Source of the DNA: Dinoroseobacter sp.
GTDB taxonomy: Bacteria; Pseudomonadota; Alphaproteobacteria; Rhodobacterales; Rhodobacteraceae
DNA: 64,000 nucleotides
NCBI GenBank assembly: GCA_042096155.1
Contig: JBELMC010000001.1
Coordinates: forward strand, 79,619-143,618
Reading direction: 5' to 3'
A program made the position numbers and the translations under genes. The notes under the pieces are model-generated. The model did not search any database and was not told where the DNA came from. It saw only the letters and a program-made list of their open reading frames with translations. This document shows positions 18,399 to 28,348 of the stretch, one piece after another (the stretch's first letter is position 1; every line of letters begins with the position of its first letter).

Positions 18399-19271
18399 CT
18401 AGATCAATCCAACATGCGCCATTGCGGATTTCAACGCGTCTTTGGTCTTGTCCGTAACCCCAACCAGAGGCAAGCGGACTTCGTCCGAACACTTGCCCAA
18501 CAGGCTCATTGCATATTTCGCCCCAACAAGACCCGGCTCAAGAAAGATCGCGCTGTGCAGCGGCAACAACAAATCCTGAAGCTCTAGGGCTTTGGTATAG
18601 TCGCCTGCCAAGGTGGCCTCTTGGAACTGCGCGCACAGTTTCGGGGCCACATTCGCGGTCACCGAGATACACCCGACCCCCCCGTGCACATTAAAGCCCA
18701 GGGCGCTGGCATCTTCGCCCGACAATTGTACAAAATCTGGCCCACAAGTCGCGCGTTGATGGCTGACCCGCGTGATATCGCCGGTGGCATCTTTGACCCC
18801 GACGATCCGGGGCAGCTTTGCCAGCTCGCCCATGGTCTCGGGCGTCATGTCCACGACCGATCGTCCGGGGATATTGTAAATGATAATCGGCAGATCGCAG
18901 GCGTCGTGCAAGGCTGTATAATGCGCGATCAGCCCCTCTTGCGTCGGTTTGTTATAATACGGGGTCACAACCAGACCAGCCGAGGCACCTGCCCGCTGGG
19001 CATGCTGCAAAAGCCCCATGCTTTCGGCGGTGTTGTTGCTGCCTGCTCCGGCCACGACTGGCACACGGCCTGCAGCGGCCTCGATCACCGCACTGACAAC
19101 GGCTTCATGCTCGGCATGGCTCAGTGTCGGGCTTTCGCCGGTCGTGCCCACCGGCACCAACCCGTGCGAGCCTTCGCCGATGTGCCATTCAACCAGCGCA
19201 CCGAGGGTGTCATAATCCACCTCTCCTTGTTTCAAGGGAGTCACCAAGGCGGGCATGGATCCTTTAAACAT
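18399..19271 (-). CDS. dapA: 4-hydroxy-tetrahydrodipicolinate synthase
   Basis: [22 protein letters not shown] and GVKDATGD motifs. Confidence 0.97.
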   Translation of the reverse strand: MFKGSMPALVTPLKQGEVDYDTLGALVEWHIGEGSHGLVPVGTTGESPTLSHAEHEAVVSAVIEAAAGRVPVVAGAGSNNTAESMGLLQHAQRAGASAGLVVTPYYNKPTQEGLIAHYTALHDACDLPIIIYNIPGRSVVDMTPETMGELAKLPRIVGVKDATGDITRVSHQRATCGPDFVQLSGEDASALGFNVHGGVGCISVTANVAPKLCAQFQEATLAGDYTKALELQDLLLPLHSAIFLEPGLVGAKYAMSLLGKCSDEVRLPLVGVTDKTKDALKSAMAHVGLI

Positions 19272-19426
19272 CGCAATCTCCTTCTTGGTTTGGGCGGCGC
19301 TCTACGGGCGGATACCCGCCCTGAACCCCTTTGTTCAAGACCTTTAAGCAAATGTCATTTGGACTCGCGGCGCAATCTGCCCTATTTTCACGCCAGGCAG
19401 ACAGCACAAAAGGGCGGATAGACCCG

Positions 19427-21394
19427 ATGCGACGGATCAAATGGACCGCGATTGCGCTCCTCACCTTGATGGCAACTGCGACGAATGCGCAATCTGACCG
19501 CCCACGCCTTTTGGTTCAGGGTCTGGAAGCCGCCAGCACCCAAGATTGGACCACCGCCAATGCTGCGATGCGCGCATTGCAAGACCAGCCAGCGCGCGAT
19601 GTCATCCAATGGACCAAATTGCGCGCACGCGAAGGCACCTTTTTGGAATATCTTGATTTTTTGACGCGCAATGCGGATTGGCCCGGCATGTCTTTGCTGG
19701 CGGCCCGTGGCGAGGCCTCGATCCCCGACACGGCCCGCGCTGCGGATGTGTTGGCTTATTTTGCCGACCATGCGCCCCGCACTGGCGAGGGCACGCTTCG
19801 ACTGGCGGCCGTTGAGAGAGCCCGTGGCAATATCGTCCAAGCCGACGCGCTGATCGTGAACGCCTGGCGTGCGTTCCGTCTGGATGCGGAGACCGAGGCC
19901 AAATTCCTGGCGCAGTTCAGCGCCCTTCTGGCCGATCACCATGCCGATCGGCTTGATAACCTGTTGTGGGACGGCGCCACAGGTGCCGCGCGCCGCATGA
20001 TCCCGTTGGTGTCCAACGACGCGCGTCTGTCCGCGCAAGCCCGGATCGCGCTGCGCGAAAACCAAGACGGTGTCGACGCCGCCATTGAGGCTGTGCCCGC
20101 TGACTTGCAAAACGGTGCGGGCCTCGCCTACGAGCGCTATTTGTGGCGCCTGAACAAAAACCGTTCGGACGATGCACGAGATTTGATGCTGGACCGCTCG
20201 ACCTCGGCGGCAGCCCTGGGTCGCCCCGAACTCTGGGGCAACCGCAGACGGTCTTTTGCCCGCGATCTGATGCGCGACGGTCGCAACCGCGAGGCCTACC
20301 AGCTGGCCGCCAATCACTTCATCGGTCAGGGCCGAGGCGAGGCTCCGCGCGGCAACAATTACAGTGACTTGGAATGGTTGGCAGGCTTTATTGCCCTGCG
20401 CAAGCTCGGTGACCCCCACGTCGCCTTGCGTCATTTCCAACGCCATCAGGCCGCTGTCGCCTCGCCCATTTCACTGGGCCGCGCCGGATATTGGGAGGGT
20501 CGCGCCTATGAGGCGATGGGCGACAGCGACAAGGCTCGTGCCGCCTATCTGCGCGCAGCCACCCATCAAACCAGTTTCTATGGTCAGCTTGCCGCGGAGC
20601 GGGCAGGCGTTGCGACAGATCCCGCGCTGGTTGGAACAGAAACCTTCCCCGATTGGCGCGAAGCCACATTTCTTGGCACGTCCGTCATGCGCGCGGGCTT
20701 GTTTTTGCACGAAGCCGGCAATCGCACTCTGGCCAACCGATTTATCGGGCATCTGTCGGAGCGTTTGGAGCGCAGCCAACGCGGACAGCTCGCCGATCTG
20801 GTCCTGGCGCTGAACGAACCCTTCATCGCGCTCCGGCTCGCCAAATACGCAGCAGGCGAAGGCCAGCTGTTGCATCGGGCCTATCACCCTGTGACAAATT
20901 TAATCCGCAGCCCGCTGCCTGTGAACCCAGCCCTCGCGCTGGCGATTGCACGACGTGAATCCGAGTTCAATCCGACAGTGGTCAGCCCGGCAGGCGCGCT
21001 TGGCCTGATGCAAGTGATGCCGCGCACGGGCGAGGCGATGGCGCGCGATCTCGGTATTGCGCAGTTTCAAACCGCGCATTTGTTGTCGCAGCCGAACCTG
21101 AACGCGCGGCTGGGCAGCCAATATTTGTTGCAACAGATCCAGGAATTTGGCAGCAATATCCTCCTGGTGGCGGCGGCCTATAATGCCGGGCCGTCACGCG
21201 CGCGCGCCTGGATCGCGCGTTTCGGCGACCCCCGCAGCGGGCAGGTCGATATTGTCGACTGGGTCGAACACATACCGTTCCGCGAGACCCGCAACTATGT
21301 CATGCGGATCACCGAGTCGCTGCTGGTCTACCAGATGATGCTGGCCGGGCGTCCGTTGAAGCTTGCGCCAACCCAGATCCTTACGATGCGCTAG
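19427..21394 (+). CDS. Soluble lytic murein transglycosylase (Slt70-like)
   Basis: Signal peptide from MRRIKW; helical repeats; IARRESEF, GALGLMQVMP, AAYNAGP and IPFRETRNYV motifs. Confidence 0.93.
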   Translation: MRRIKWTAIALLTLMATATNAQSDRPRLLVQGLEAASTQDWTTANAAMRALQDQPARDVIQWTKLRAREGTFLEYLDFLTRNADWPGMSLLAARGEASIPDTARAADVLAYFADHAPRTGEGTLRLAAVERARGNIVQADALIVNAWRAFRLDAETEAKFLAQFSALLADHHADRLDNLLWDGATGAARRMIPLVSNDARLSAQARIALRENQDGVDAAIEAVPADLQNGAGLAYERYLWRLNKNRSDDARDLMLDRSTSAAALGRPELWGNRRRSFARDLMRDGRNREAYQLAANHFIGQGRGEAPRGNNYSDLEWLAGFIALRKLGDPHVALRHFQRHQAAVASPISLGRAGYWEGRAYEAMGDSDKARAAYLRAATHQTSFYGQLAAERAGVATDPALVGTETFPDWREATFLGTSVMRAGLFLHEAGNRTLANRFIGHLSERLERSQRGQLADLVLALNEPFIALRLAKYAAGEGQLLHRAYHPVTNLIRSPLPVNPALALAIARRESEFNPTVVSPAGALGLMQVMPRTGEAMARDLGIAQFQTAHLLSQPNLNARLGSQYLLQQIQEFGSNILLVAAAYNAGPSRARAWIARFGDPRSGQVDIVDWVEHIPFRETRNYVMRITESLLVYQMMLAGRPLKLAPTQILTMR

Positions 21395-22262
21395 CGACGC
21401 GCTTTTGGTGCTCGCGCCACAATGTAAACAGCCCGGCAGCCACAACAATAGCCGCCCCAATGGCAACGTTTATACGCAAGGTCTCGCCGAAAATCGTAAT
21501 TCCGAGGGCCGCGGCAAACACCAGCTGCAGAAAAGCAAACGGCTGGACCACCCCCGCCTCGGCCACCTCATAGCATTTGATTAACGTGAAATGTCCCGTC
21601 ACGCCGGTCACGCACAACGCCGCCATCCACATCGAATCTGAGGGGGTCATTGGCTCCAGAAACCAGATGCCGATCAAGGTCGCTGCAACCGCCCCCGCCG
21701 TTCCTGTCCAAAAAAAGCTTGTCGCAGCACTGTCTTGTCGCGCCACATACCGGGTCAGCAAACCATAAAGCGCGAACATCAACGCCGACGCCAACGGCAC
21801 CAGCGCATAGATCGAGAACACGCCACCGCTGGGCTGTAAGATGATCAGGACCCCGACAAAGCCGACCGCAATCGCAGTCCACCTACGCCACCCGACAGAC
21901 TCGCCCAAAACGATCCCGGACAGTGCTGCGATCAACAACGGGTAGCTTGTGAAAACCGCATGGCTCTCGGTCAGCCCCAGCAAGGTGAATGCGGTCACCA
22001 TGACACAAATCTCAACCACCAATAGCACAGACCGAAACATCTGCATCAACGGCTGCTTCGTCAAAGCGACCCGACGCACACCGCCCGCTTTGCGCACAGC
22101 AAGAGCAATCACGAAAGCCGCGAAAAACCAATAGCGGATCATCACCACCATGAAGACGTTGTATTCAGACGCCAAATGCCGCGAAATCGCGTCTTGGCTG
22201 GCGAAAACCGCTGTGGTCGCGATCATCAGCCAGATGCCCAACCAAGTGTTGTTATTTATCAT
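21381..22262 (-). CDS. DMT/EamA family transporter
   Basis: About 10 TM helices; LGESVGWRRWTAIAVGFVGVLIILQP motif. Confidence 0.9.
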   Translation of the reverse strand: MINNNTWLGIWLMIATTAVFASQDAISRHLASEYNVFMVVMIRYWFFAAFVIALAVRKAGGVRRVALTKQPLMQMFRSVLLVVEICVMVTAFTLLGLTESHAVFTSYPLLIAALSGIVLGESVGWRRWTAIAVGFVGVLIILQPSGGVFSIYALVPLASALMFALYGLLTRYVARQDSAATSFFWTGTAGAVAATLIGIWFLEPMTPSDSMWMAALCVTGVTGHFTLIKCYEVAEAGVVQPFAFLQLVFAAALGITIFGETLRINVAIGAAIVVAAGLFTLWREHQKRVASAS

Positions 22263-22921
22263 GTCAGAGGATCCAATACACCAACACTCATGTGTCGCTT
22301 GCGGCCGTAGCCCGGTTTGCGCGTCACTGTAAAGCCTGCCATTTGCAGCGCGCGGCGAACGTGGCCTGCAGCGGTATAGCTGGCAAATGTCCCGCCTGGG
22401 GCGGTGTGTCGTGCAACAGCGCGCATCAGATCAGGGCCCCAGAGCTCGGGGTTCTTGGCCGGCGAAAATCCGTCCAGAAACCATGCATCAGCCATGCCCG
22501 TCCACATGGGCAACGCCGTCCGGGCATCGCCTTCGATCACGGTCAGCGTGGCCTTGCCAAGCTGCCATGTCCCCCCATGGCCCGTCCATATATCCAGCAA
22601 AGGTGTCGGATCGAGCATCGGAAACGGCGCCAAAGCACGGGCCATATCATCCACAGACAAGGGAAACGCCTCAAATGATGTATATCGAAACGGTACTGCG
22701 CTGGCATGCAGGACGGACAGAAAGCTCAGACCCGTGCCAAAGCCCAGCTCGGCAATGTGGAACCCGGGCACCAAACGCGTCGGTAAATCATTGCCACGCA
22801 AAAACACATGGGCGGTCTCGGCGACACCATCATCCAACGAATAATACGGATCGTCAAAACGTCGGGCGATGGGCACTTCGCCCTGCCACGCGACATCTGA
22901 ACGGTGGTCCTTGCTGCACAT
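22259..22921 (-). CDS. mnmD: tRNA (mnm5s2U34) methyltransferase MnmD (stand-alone MnmC N-terminal domain)
   Basis: FDDPYYS, IAELGFGTGLSF, DAWFLDGFSPAKNPELW and RKPGYGRKRHM motifs. Confidence 0.9.
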   Translation of the reverse strand: MCSKDHRSDVAWQGEVPIARRFDDPYYSLDDGVAETAHVFLRGNDLPTRLVPGFHIAELGFGTGLSFLSVLHASAVPFRYTSFEAFPLSVDDMARALAPFPMLDPTPLLDIWTGHGGTWQLGKATLTVIEGDARTALPMWTGMADAWFLDGFSPAKNPELWGPDLMRAVARHTAPGGTFASYTAAGHVRRALQMAGFTVTRKPGYGRKRHMSVGVLDPLT

Positions 22922-22973
22922 CTGCCCTAAGCCTCTGACCCAACACACGCCACAATGCGCAGGAGACTGAGGC

Positions 22974-24017
22974 TTGGCAATCGCAGACTTCACCGTTTTG
23001 GGCGGCGGCATCTTCGGCTTGTCGATCGCATGGGTCTTGACCCAAAGAGGCGCCAAGGTGCGCTTGATCGAGCGTGCCCAGATCGGGGCGGGCAGCTCCG
23101 GAGGGATCGTCGGTGCGCTGGCTCCGCACACACCTGAGAATTGGAACGAGAAAAAGGCGTTCCAGCGCGACAGCCTGTTGATGGCCGAGCAGTTTTGGTC
23201 CGAGATCGCCGACGTCTCGGGCCAAGATCCCGGCTATGCCCGCTTGGGTCGGCTGCAAGCAATCCAAGATCCGCGCGGGCTGGAACTGGCGCGCGCGCGC
23301 GCCAAGGGCGCCACGCAGCTGTGGCAGGGTCAAGCGCAATGGGATCTTGTGCCAGATGACAGCTTTTCCGGCTGGGCCCCTGCCGCGCCAACCGGATGGA
23401 TGATCCAAGACACCCTGACCGCGCGCTTGCATCCGCGACGCGCATGTACGGCGTTGGCAACAGCGCTCCGCGCGGTCGGAGCGGACCTCCTGCTTGGCGA
23501 TCATCCGTGCCAAGGTGTTGTGATCGAGGCAACGGGCGTTGCAGGGTTGCATGCGCTTTCGCGTGCCAAGTGCAAGCTGGTCGGCACCGGGGTCAAGGGC
23601 CAAGCCGCGCTGCTCGATTATGACGCCCGTGCGCTGCCACAATTGTTCTTGGACGCGCTGCACATCGTGCCCCATGCAGATGGAACAACTGCAATCGGAT
23701 CAACCTCTGAGCGGACATACACTGACGGCGCCACAACCGATGGTCTGCTCGACGCCTTGATTGAAAAGGCGCGCAACATCTGCCCGGCCTTGCGGGACGC
23801 GCCGGTTTTGCAACGCTGGGCGGGTGAGCGCCCACGCGCAAAATCTCGCGCGCCGATATTGGGCGAGCATCCTCTGTGGCCTGGTCATTTCATCGCCAAT
23901 GGCGGCTTCAAAATCGGTTTTGGTATGGCGCCCAAAGTCGCCCAAGTGATGGCAGATCTGGTGCTGGAAGGCCACGATGCGATCCCTGAGGGTTTTCGGC
24001 CAGAGGCTAGTCTTTGA
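22974..24017 (+). CDS. FAD-dependent oxidoreductase (DAO family, MnmC C-terminal-like)
   Basis: GGGIFG FAD motif, GSSGGIVGALAP, WAGERPR and GGFKIGFG; divergent from mnmD. Confidence 0.85.
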   Translation: MAIADFTVLGGGIFGLSIAWVLTQRGAKVRLIERAQIGAGSSGGIVGALAPHTPENWNEKKAFQRDSLLMAEQFWSEIADVSGQDPGYARLGRLQAIQDPRGLELARARAKGATQLWQGQAQWDLVPDDSFSGWAPAAPTGWMIQDTLTARLHPRRACTALATALRAVGADLLLGDHPCQGVVIEATGVAGLHALSRAKCKLVGTGVKGQAALLDYDARALPQLFLDALHIVPHADGTTAIGSTSERTYTDGATTDGLLDALIEKARNICPALRDAPVLQRWAGERPRAKSRAPILGEHPLWPGHFIANGGFKIGFGMAPKVAQVMADLVLEGHDAIPEGFRPEASL

Positions 24018-24456
24018 CCCAGCGCGACAGCGCGACCTCGTCTTCCTGTTGCGCCGCAACCCACTGCGCCGACGCAGTTGTAAGCTCTTTTTTCCAGAAC
24101 GGTGCGCGCGATTTCAGGTAGTCCATCAGGAATTCTGCAGCCGCGAACGCGTCTGTGCGGTGCGGCGCAGTGGTGGCCACCATCATGATGATTTCACCGA
24201 CCTGCAAGACCCCGTAGCGGTGGATGACCAGCACGTCGCCAAGCGCCCAACGCGCTTGCGCCGTCTTGGCGATTTGCGTGATCGCGCGCTCGGTCATGCC
24301 GGGATAATGTTCGATCTCAAGGCCCTGCAAGCCACCACTGACATCGCGCACCAGGCCACTGAACGTGACAACGGCCCCTTGATCGGTGCGGCTTTCGACA
24401 AATCGAGACAGCTCCGCGCCGGGATCAAACCATTCGGCCTGAACCGCAATCCGCAT
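24007..24456 (-). CDS. moaE: Molybdopterin synthase catalytic subunit
   Basis: GAVVTFSGLVR, EHYPGMT, IHRYG and MDYLKSRAPFWKKE motifs. Confidence 0.96.
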   Translation of the reverse strand: MRIAVQAEWFDPGAELSRFVESRTDQGAVVTFSGLVRDVSGGLQGLEIEHYPGMTERAITQIAKTAQARWALGDVLVIHRYGVLQVGEIIMMVATTAPHRTDAFAAAEFLMDYLKSRAPFWKKELTTASAQWVAAQQEDEVALSRWVKD

Positions 24457-24459
24457 CGT

Positions 24460-24711
24460 TTATCCGCCAGTCATCGGTGGAAAGAACGCCACTTCGCGGG
24501 CCCCCGCCAAAGACGCGTCCATATCCGCAAGCTCTTGATCAATGGCCACGCGTATGGTGCTCAGATCCGAAAAGGCCAGATCATAGCGATCTTCGCGGGC
24601 GCGCAATTCCGTGACCAAGTCCGCAGCCGTTCTGGCGGATGTCTCAAGCTCTTCGGATCCCAGACCAATCCGTTCACGCAGCCAGGCGAAATACATCACT
24701 CGCAAAGTCAT
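24460..24711 (-). CDS. moaD: Molybdopterin synthase sulfur carrier subunit
   Basis: 83 aa; YFAWLRERIG ... EVAFFPPMTGG C-terminus. Confidence 0.96.
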   Translation of the reverse strand: MTLRVMYFAWLRERIGLGSEELETSARTAADLVTELRAREDRYDLAFSDLSTIRVAIDQELADMDASLAGAREVAFFPPMTGG

Positions 24712-25292
24712 TTTGCGCCCTGAAGATATGGCAATGCTTTGATGAAATAGTCGGCTCCCGTCAGAAACGTCAGCACAGACGCGATCCACAACAACAACAG
24801 CCCGATCCATTCAACCGCCGCATGCAACCCCGGCAGAGAGCCGCCATGCTCGATCGCCATGGCGCCGAACAAGACCGCAATGGCCACCATCTGCGCCGTC
24901 GTTTTCCACTTGGCCAGCTTGGTGACCGCCAGTTTGGCCGAATCGGCGCCCAAAAATTCGCGCAACCCGGAAACGAAAACCTCTCGGAACAAAATCACCG
25001 TGACCGGCAGGACAAGCCAAGGGGTCATCCCCGAATAGCCCACAATAATCGCCAACGCGATCACCACCATGGTCTTGTCGGCAATCGGGTCGAGCATCGC
25101 GCCAAACTTGCTTTCTTGTTTCCAAGCCCGCGCGATATAGCCATCGACGAAATCAGTCAGAGCCGCGCCAATAAACAAAATCAATGCCAACCAATCCGCC
25201 GCAGGCCGGTGGAAATACAAGAACATGATTGCCACGCCCGGAGCGGCGAGCAGACGCAGAATCGTCAATATGTTCGGCCATGTCCATATCAT
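24708..25292 (-). CDS. pgsA: CDP-diacylglycerol--glycerol-3-phosphate 3-phosphatidyltransferase
   Basis: PNILTILR, TDFVDGYIAR, GAMLDPIADK and KWKTTAQM motifs; uvrC-pgsA-moaD-moaE order. Confidence 0.96.
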   Translation of the reverse strand: MIWTWPNILTILRLLAAPGVAIMFLYFHRPAADWLALILFIGAALTDFVDGYIARAWKQESKFGAMLDPIADKTMVVIALAIIVGYSGMTPWLVLPVTVILFREVFVSGLREFLGADSAKLAVTKLAKWKTTAQMVAIAVLFGAMAIEHGGSLPGLHAAVEWIGLLLLWIASVLTFLTGADYFIKALPYLQGAK

Positions 25293-25371
25293 AGCGCTGT
25301 TGTAGCGGGGCCGCGCGTCAGAGGAAAGTGGCACATCGCCCTCAGGGAGGGGTTATGTCCGCAGTTTCGCA

Positions 25372-27258
25372 TCAAACGCCTGAGTTGAAGAAATCGTAAA
25401 TTTTTTCCGCCATTGCGGCCGAAATCCCATCAACCGCTTTCAGATCCTCCAAATGCGCGCGACTGATCGCTTTGGCGGAGCCGAAATGCGCCAGCAATGC
25501 CCGTTTTCGCGCCGCACCCACGCCCGCGATTTCATCGAGCGGTGTCGCCGTAAAGGCTTTTGCACGCTTCGCGCGGTGGGTCCCAATGGCAAAGCGATGA
25601 GCCTCGTCGCGCAGTCTTTGGACAAAATACAACACAGGATCATTGTGCCGCAGCGCAAATGGTCGTGCACCTGGACGATAAAACTCCTCTTTGCCGGCGT
25701 CGCGGTCTTCGCCTTTGGCGACACCGACAAACGGCACATCTTCGACACCCAGATCGGCCAGGATCTCGGCCACAGCGCTGATCTGACCTGCGCCGCCATC
25801 AATCAATAGAAGATCTGGCCAAGCCTCGGATTTTCGCTCTGGATCCTCTTTCAACAGCCGCTTGAACCGGCGCTCTAACACCTCTTTCATCATTCCGAAA
25901 TCGTCGCCCGGTGTCAGGCTATCGCCCTTGATGTTGAACTTCCTGTACTGACTTTTCAAAAAGCCCTCAGGCCCGGCCACGATCATGCCACCAACCGCAT
26001 TGGTGCCTTGAATGTGGCTGTTATCATAAACTTCGATCCGTTTCGGAGGGCCATCGAGGTCGAAAGCTTCGGCCAGCCCGGTCAGCAACTTGCCTTGCGT
26101 CGCGCTCTCGCTCATCTTGCGGGCCAGGCTCTCTCGGGCATTGCGCGCCGCGCCCTCGACCAGCTCGGCCTTTTCACCACGTTGGGGCATCGAAATCTCG
26201 ACCTTACGACCCAGCTTTTGGGTCAATGCGGCCTGCATCAGGTCTTCATTTTCGATTCGATGACTGAGAAGGATTTGCCGAGGCGGTTCGCGATCGCCGT
26301 AGAATTGACCAAGGAACGCCTCGAGAATTTCCGCCTCTTCTGCGCCCGCCCCGGTGCGCGGATAATAATCGCGATTGCCCCAATTCTGATTGGCGCGGAT
26401 GAAGAACACCTGCACACAGGCTTGTCCCTTTTCCAGATGCAGCGCGACGACATCGGCCTCAGGCACGGTCTGCGGATTGATCCCTTGGGTGGTCTGCACC
26501 TGGGTCAAGGCTTTGATCCGGTCTCGCAATGCGGCGGCCCGCTCAAATTCCATCGCATCCGAAGCCTCGGCCATTTGCTTGGCCAAATCCCCTTGGACCT
26601 TGGTCGATTTGCCCGACAAGAACCGCTCAGCATCGCTGACGAGCGCGGCATAGGTCTTTTCAGAGACCTTCCCAACACACGGCGCAGCGCAGCGTTTGAT
26701 CTGGTACAGAAGACACGGACGCGTGCGGCTCTCGAATATTGCGTCGGAGCAATTGCGCAGCAAAAACACCCGCTGCAGCTGATTCAATGTCCGATTAACA
26801 GCGCCTGCGCTGGCGAAGGGGCCGTAATAATTGCCCTGTTCTGTCTTCGCGCCGCGATGTTTCTTGATTTGCGGATAGCCATGGGACTTGGACACAAGAA
26901 TATTTGGAAAGCTCTTGTCGTCGCGCAAAAGCACGTTGTAACGCGGCTTGAGCTGCTTGATCAGGTTTTGTTCCAGCAACAACGCTTCGGTCTCAGTCTT
27001 GGTGGTCAGAAACATCATCAAAGATGTTTCGCTGATCATGCGTGCGATGCGTCCCGAATGGCCTGATGGCCTTGCATAGTTCGACACCCGCGCACGCAAA
27101 TTCCGCGCCTTACCAACATAAAGCACCCGATTGTCGGAATCGAGCATCCGGTACACCCCTGGCGACCCATCAAGGGTCTGAAGATACGCCTGAATACATG
27201 CGTGCCCGGTCACTCTGGGCGCATCCATGTCGGGCGAAGTCAAATTGTTATGGGACAT
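25372..27258 (-). CDS. uvrC: Excinuclease ABC subunit C (start 27258 or 27282)
   Basis: [46 protein letters not shown] and a C-terminal HhH. Confidence 0.97.
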   Translation of the reverse strand: MSHNNLTSPDMDAPRVTGHACIQAYLQTLDGSPGVYRMLDSDNRVLYVGKARNLRARVSNYARPSGHSGRIARMISETSLMMFLTTKTETEALLLEQNLIKQLKPRYNVLLRDDKSFPNILVSKSHGYPQIKKHRGAKTEQGNYYGPFASAGAVNRTLNQLQRVFLLRNCSDAIFESRTRPCLLYQIKRCAAPCVGKVSEKTYAALVSDAERFLSGKSTKVQGDLAKQMAEASDAMEFERAAALRDRIKALTQVQTTQGINPQTVPEADVVALHLEKGQACVQVFFIRANQNWGNRDYYPRTGAGAEEAEILEAFLGQFYGDREPPRQILLSHRIENEDLMQAALTQKLGRKVEISMPQRGEKAELVEGAARNARESLARKMSESATQGKLLTGLAEAFDLDGPPKRIEVYDNSHIQGTNAVGGMIVAGPEGFLKSQYRKFNIKGDSLTPGDDFGMMKEVLERRFKRLLKEDPERKSEAWPDLLLIDGGAGQISAVAEILADLGVEDVPFVGVAKGEDRDAGKEEFYRPGARPFALRHNDPVLYFVQRLRDEAHRFAIGTHRAKRAKAFTATPLDEIAGVGAARKRALLAHFGSAKAISRAHLEDLKAVDGISAAMAEKIYDFFNSGV

Positions 27259-27299
27259 AGAGTGAGTCTCGACCGCCAGCATAGATTTGGCAAGTGTTA

Positions 27300-27540
27300 C
27301 AAGTAAAAATACATCCCCAAAATCTGTGGATAACTCGGTGGATCATTGGGACGCGGTCGGGCTTTTACCTTTAAAATAAGGCACATCCTTCGATCTGCTT
27401 AATTTTTTGGCAATAAATTAAGTAATTGAAATAAAACACAATTTTTTGTTGACTTTGCCAAGTCACTGATTAAGTTCACAAAAAATTCATATTTGCACCG
27501 TATTTCAATCAAAGGTGGATAAATTTTTTGACCTAATCTG
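27300..27540. promoter_or_regulatory. AT-rich intergenic region with DnaA-box-like motifs (candidate oriC or DnaA-regulated promoter)
   Basis: TGTGGATAA (perfect TTATCCACA on the minus strand) at 27325-27333, GGTGGATCA at 27337-27345, GGTGGATAA at 27514-27522; 52/180 G+C counted over 27361-27540. Confidence 0.5.
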
Positions 27541-27559
27541 CGCCCGACGATGTGGCGGC

Positions 27560-28336
27560 CTATTCCGGTCCTTGCACATCTGGGGTTTGCCACCCCAGAT
27601 GCTGGCCTCCGTCGACGCAAATCAACTGGCCCGTGACTTCGTCTGCGTCCAAAAAATATCCCAAGGCCTGGCAAATGCCCTTGGGGCTGGACCCGCGTTG
27701 TAAAACGGTGTTTGCGCGTTGCGCTGCAAAATGACTGGCGCTCTGGCGTGCACCTTGCAGCGTGGGGCCAGGACCGATCGCGTTGACGCGCACCCGTGGC
27801 GCAAGCGCCCGCGCAGATGTCTGTGTCAGCGTCCACAATGCGGTCTTTGCCAAGGTGTAAGTCATGAATTCTGGCGTGAGTTTACGGACCCGTTGATCAA
27901 CCATGTTCACGATCAATCCGGGCGCCACAGGCTCGCCACCCGCATCACGTGGGGCCTCCGGCACCTGTGCCACAAAGCCCTGTGTCAGGATAAACGGCGC
28001 TTGCAGGTTTGAGCGAAAATGCCGATCCCAGCTGTCCCGGGTGGCGCTGTCCAAGGTGTCATATTCGAAGATAGAAGCGTTGTTGATCAACACGCTCAAC
28101 GGCCCCACGGCCGCAACCGCGCGGCTCACCAATTCTTGCGCCGCATCCAGATCCAGAAGATCGGCCTTCAAAGCCTCGGCCTGCACACCCAAAGCACGAC
28201 ACGCCGCCACAGTGTCAGCCGCCCCTGCATCAGAGCTCACATAATGGACCGCGATGTCATATCCGCGGGCGGCCAGGTAAAGCGCCATGTCCCGGCCCAG
28301 CCTTTTCCCGGCGCCCGTAATCAAAGCTGCGCGCAT
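27560..28336 (-). CDS. SDR family oxidoreductase (pteridine reductase-like)
   Basis: TGAGKRLG, NNASIF, NMVDQR, YTLAK and VNAIGPG motifs. Confidence 0.9.
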   Translation of the reverse strand: MRAALITGAGKRLGRDMALYLAARGYDIAVHYVSSDAGAADTVAACRALGVQAEALKADLLDLDAAQELVSRAVAAVGPLSVLINNASIFEYDTLDSATRDSWDRHFRSNLQAPFILTQGFVAQVPEAPRDAGGEPVAPGLIVNMVDQRVRKLTPEFMTYTLAKTALWTLTQTSARALAPRVRVNAIGPGPTLQGARQSASHFAAQRANTVLQRGSSPKGICQALGYFLDADEVTGQLICVDGGQHLGWQTPDVQGPE

Positions 28337-28348
28337 CGCTGTGTCCTT

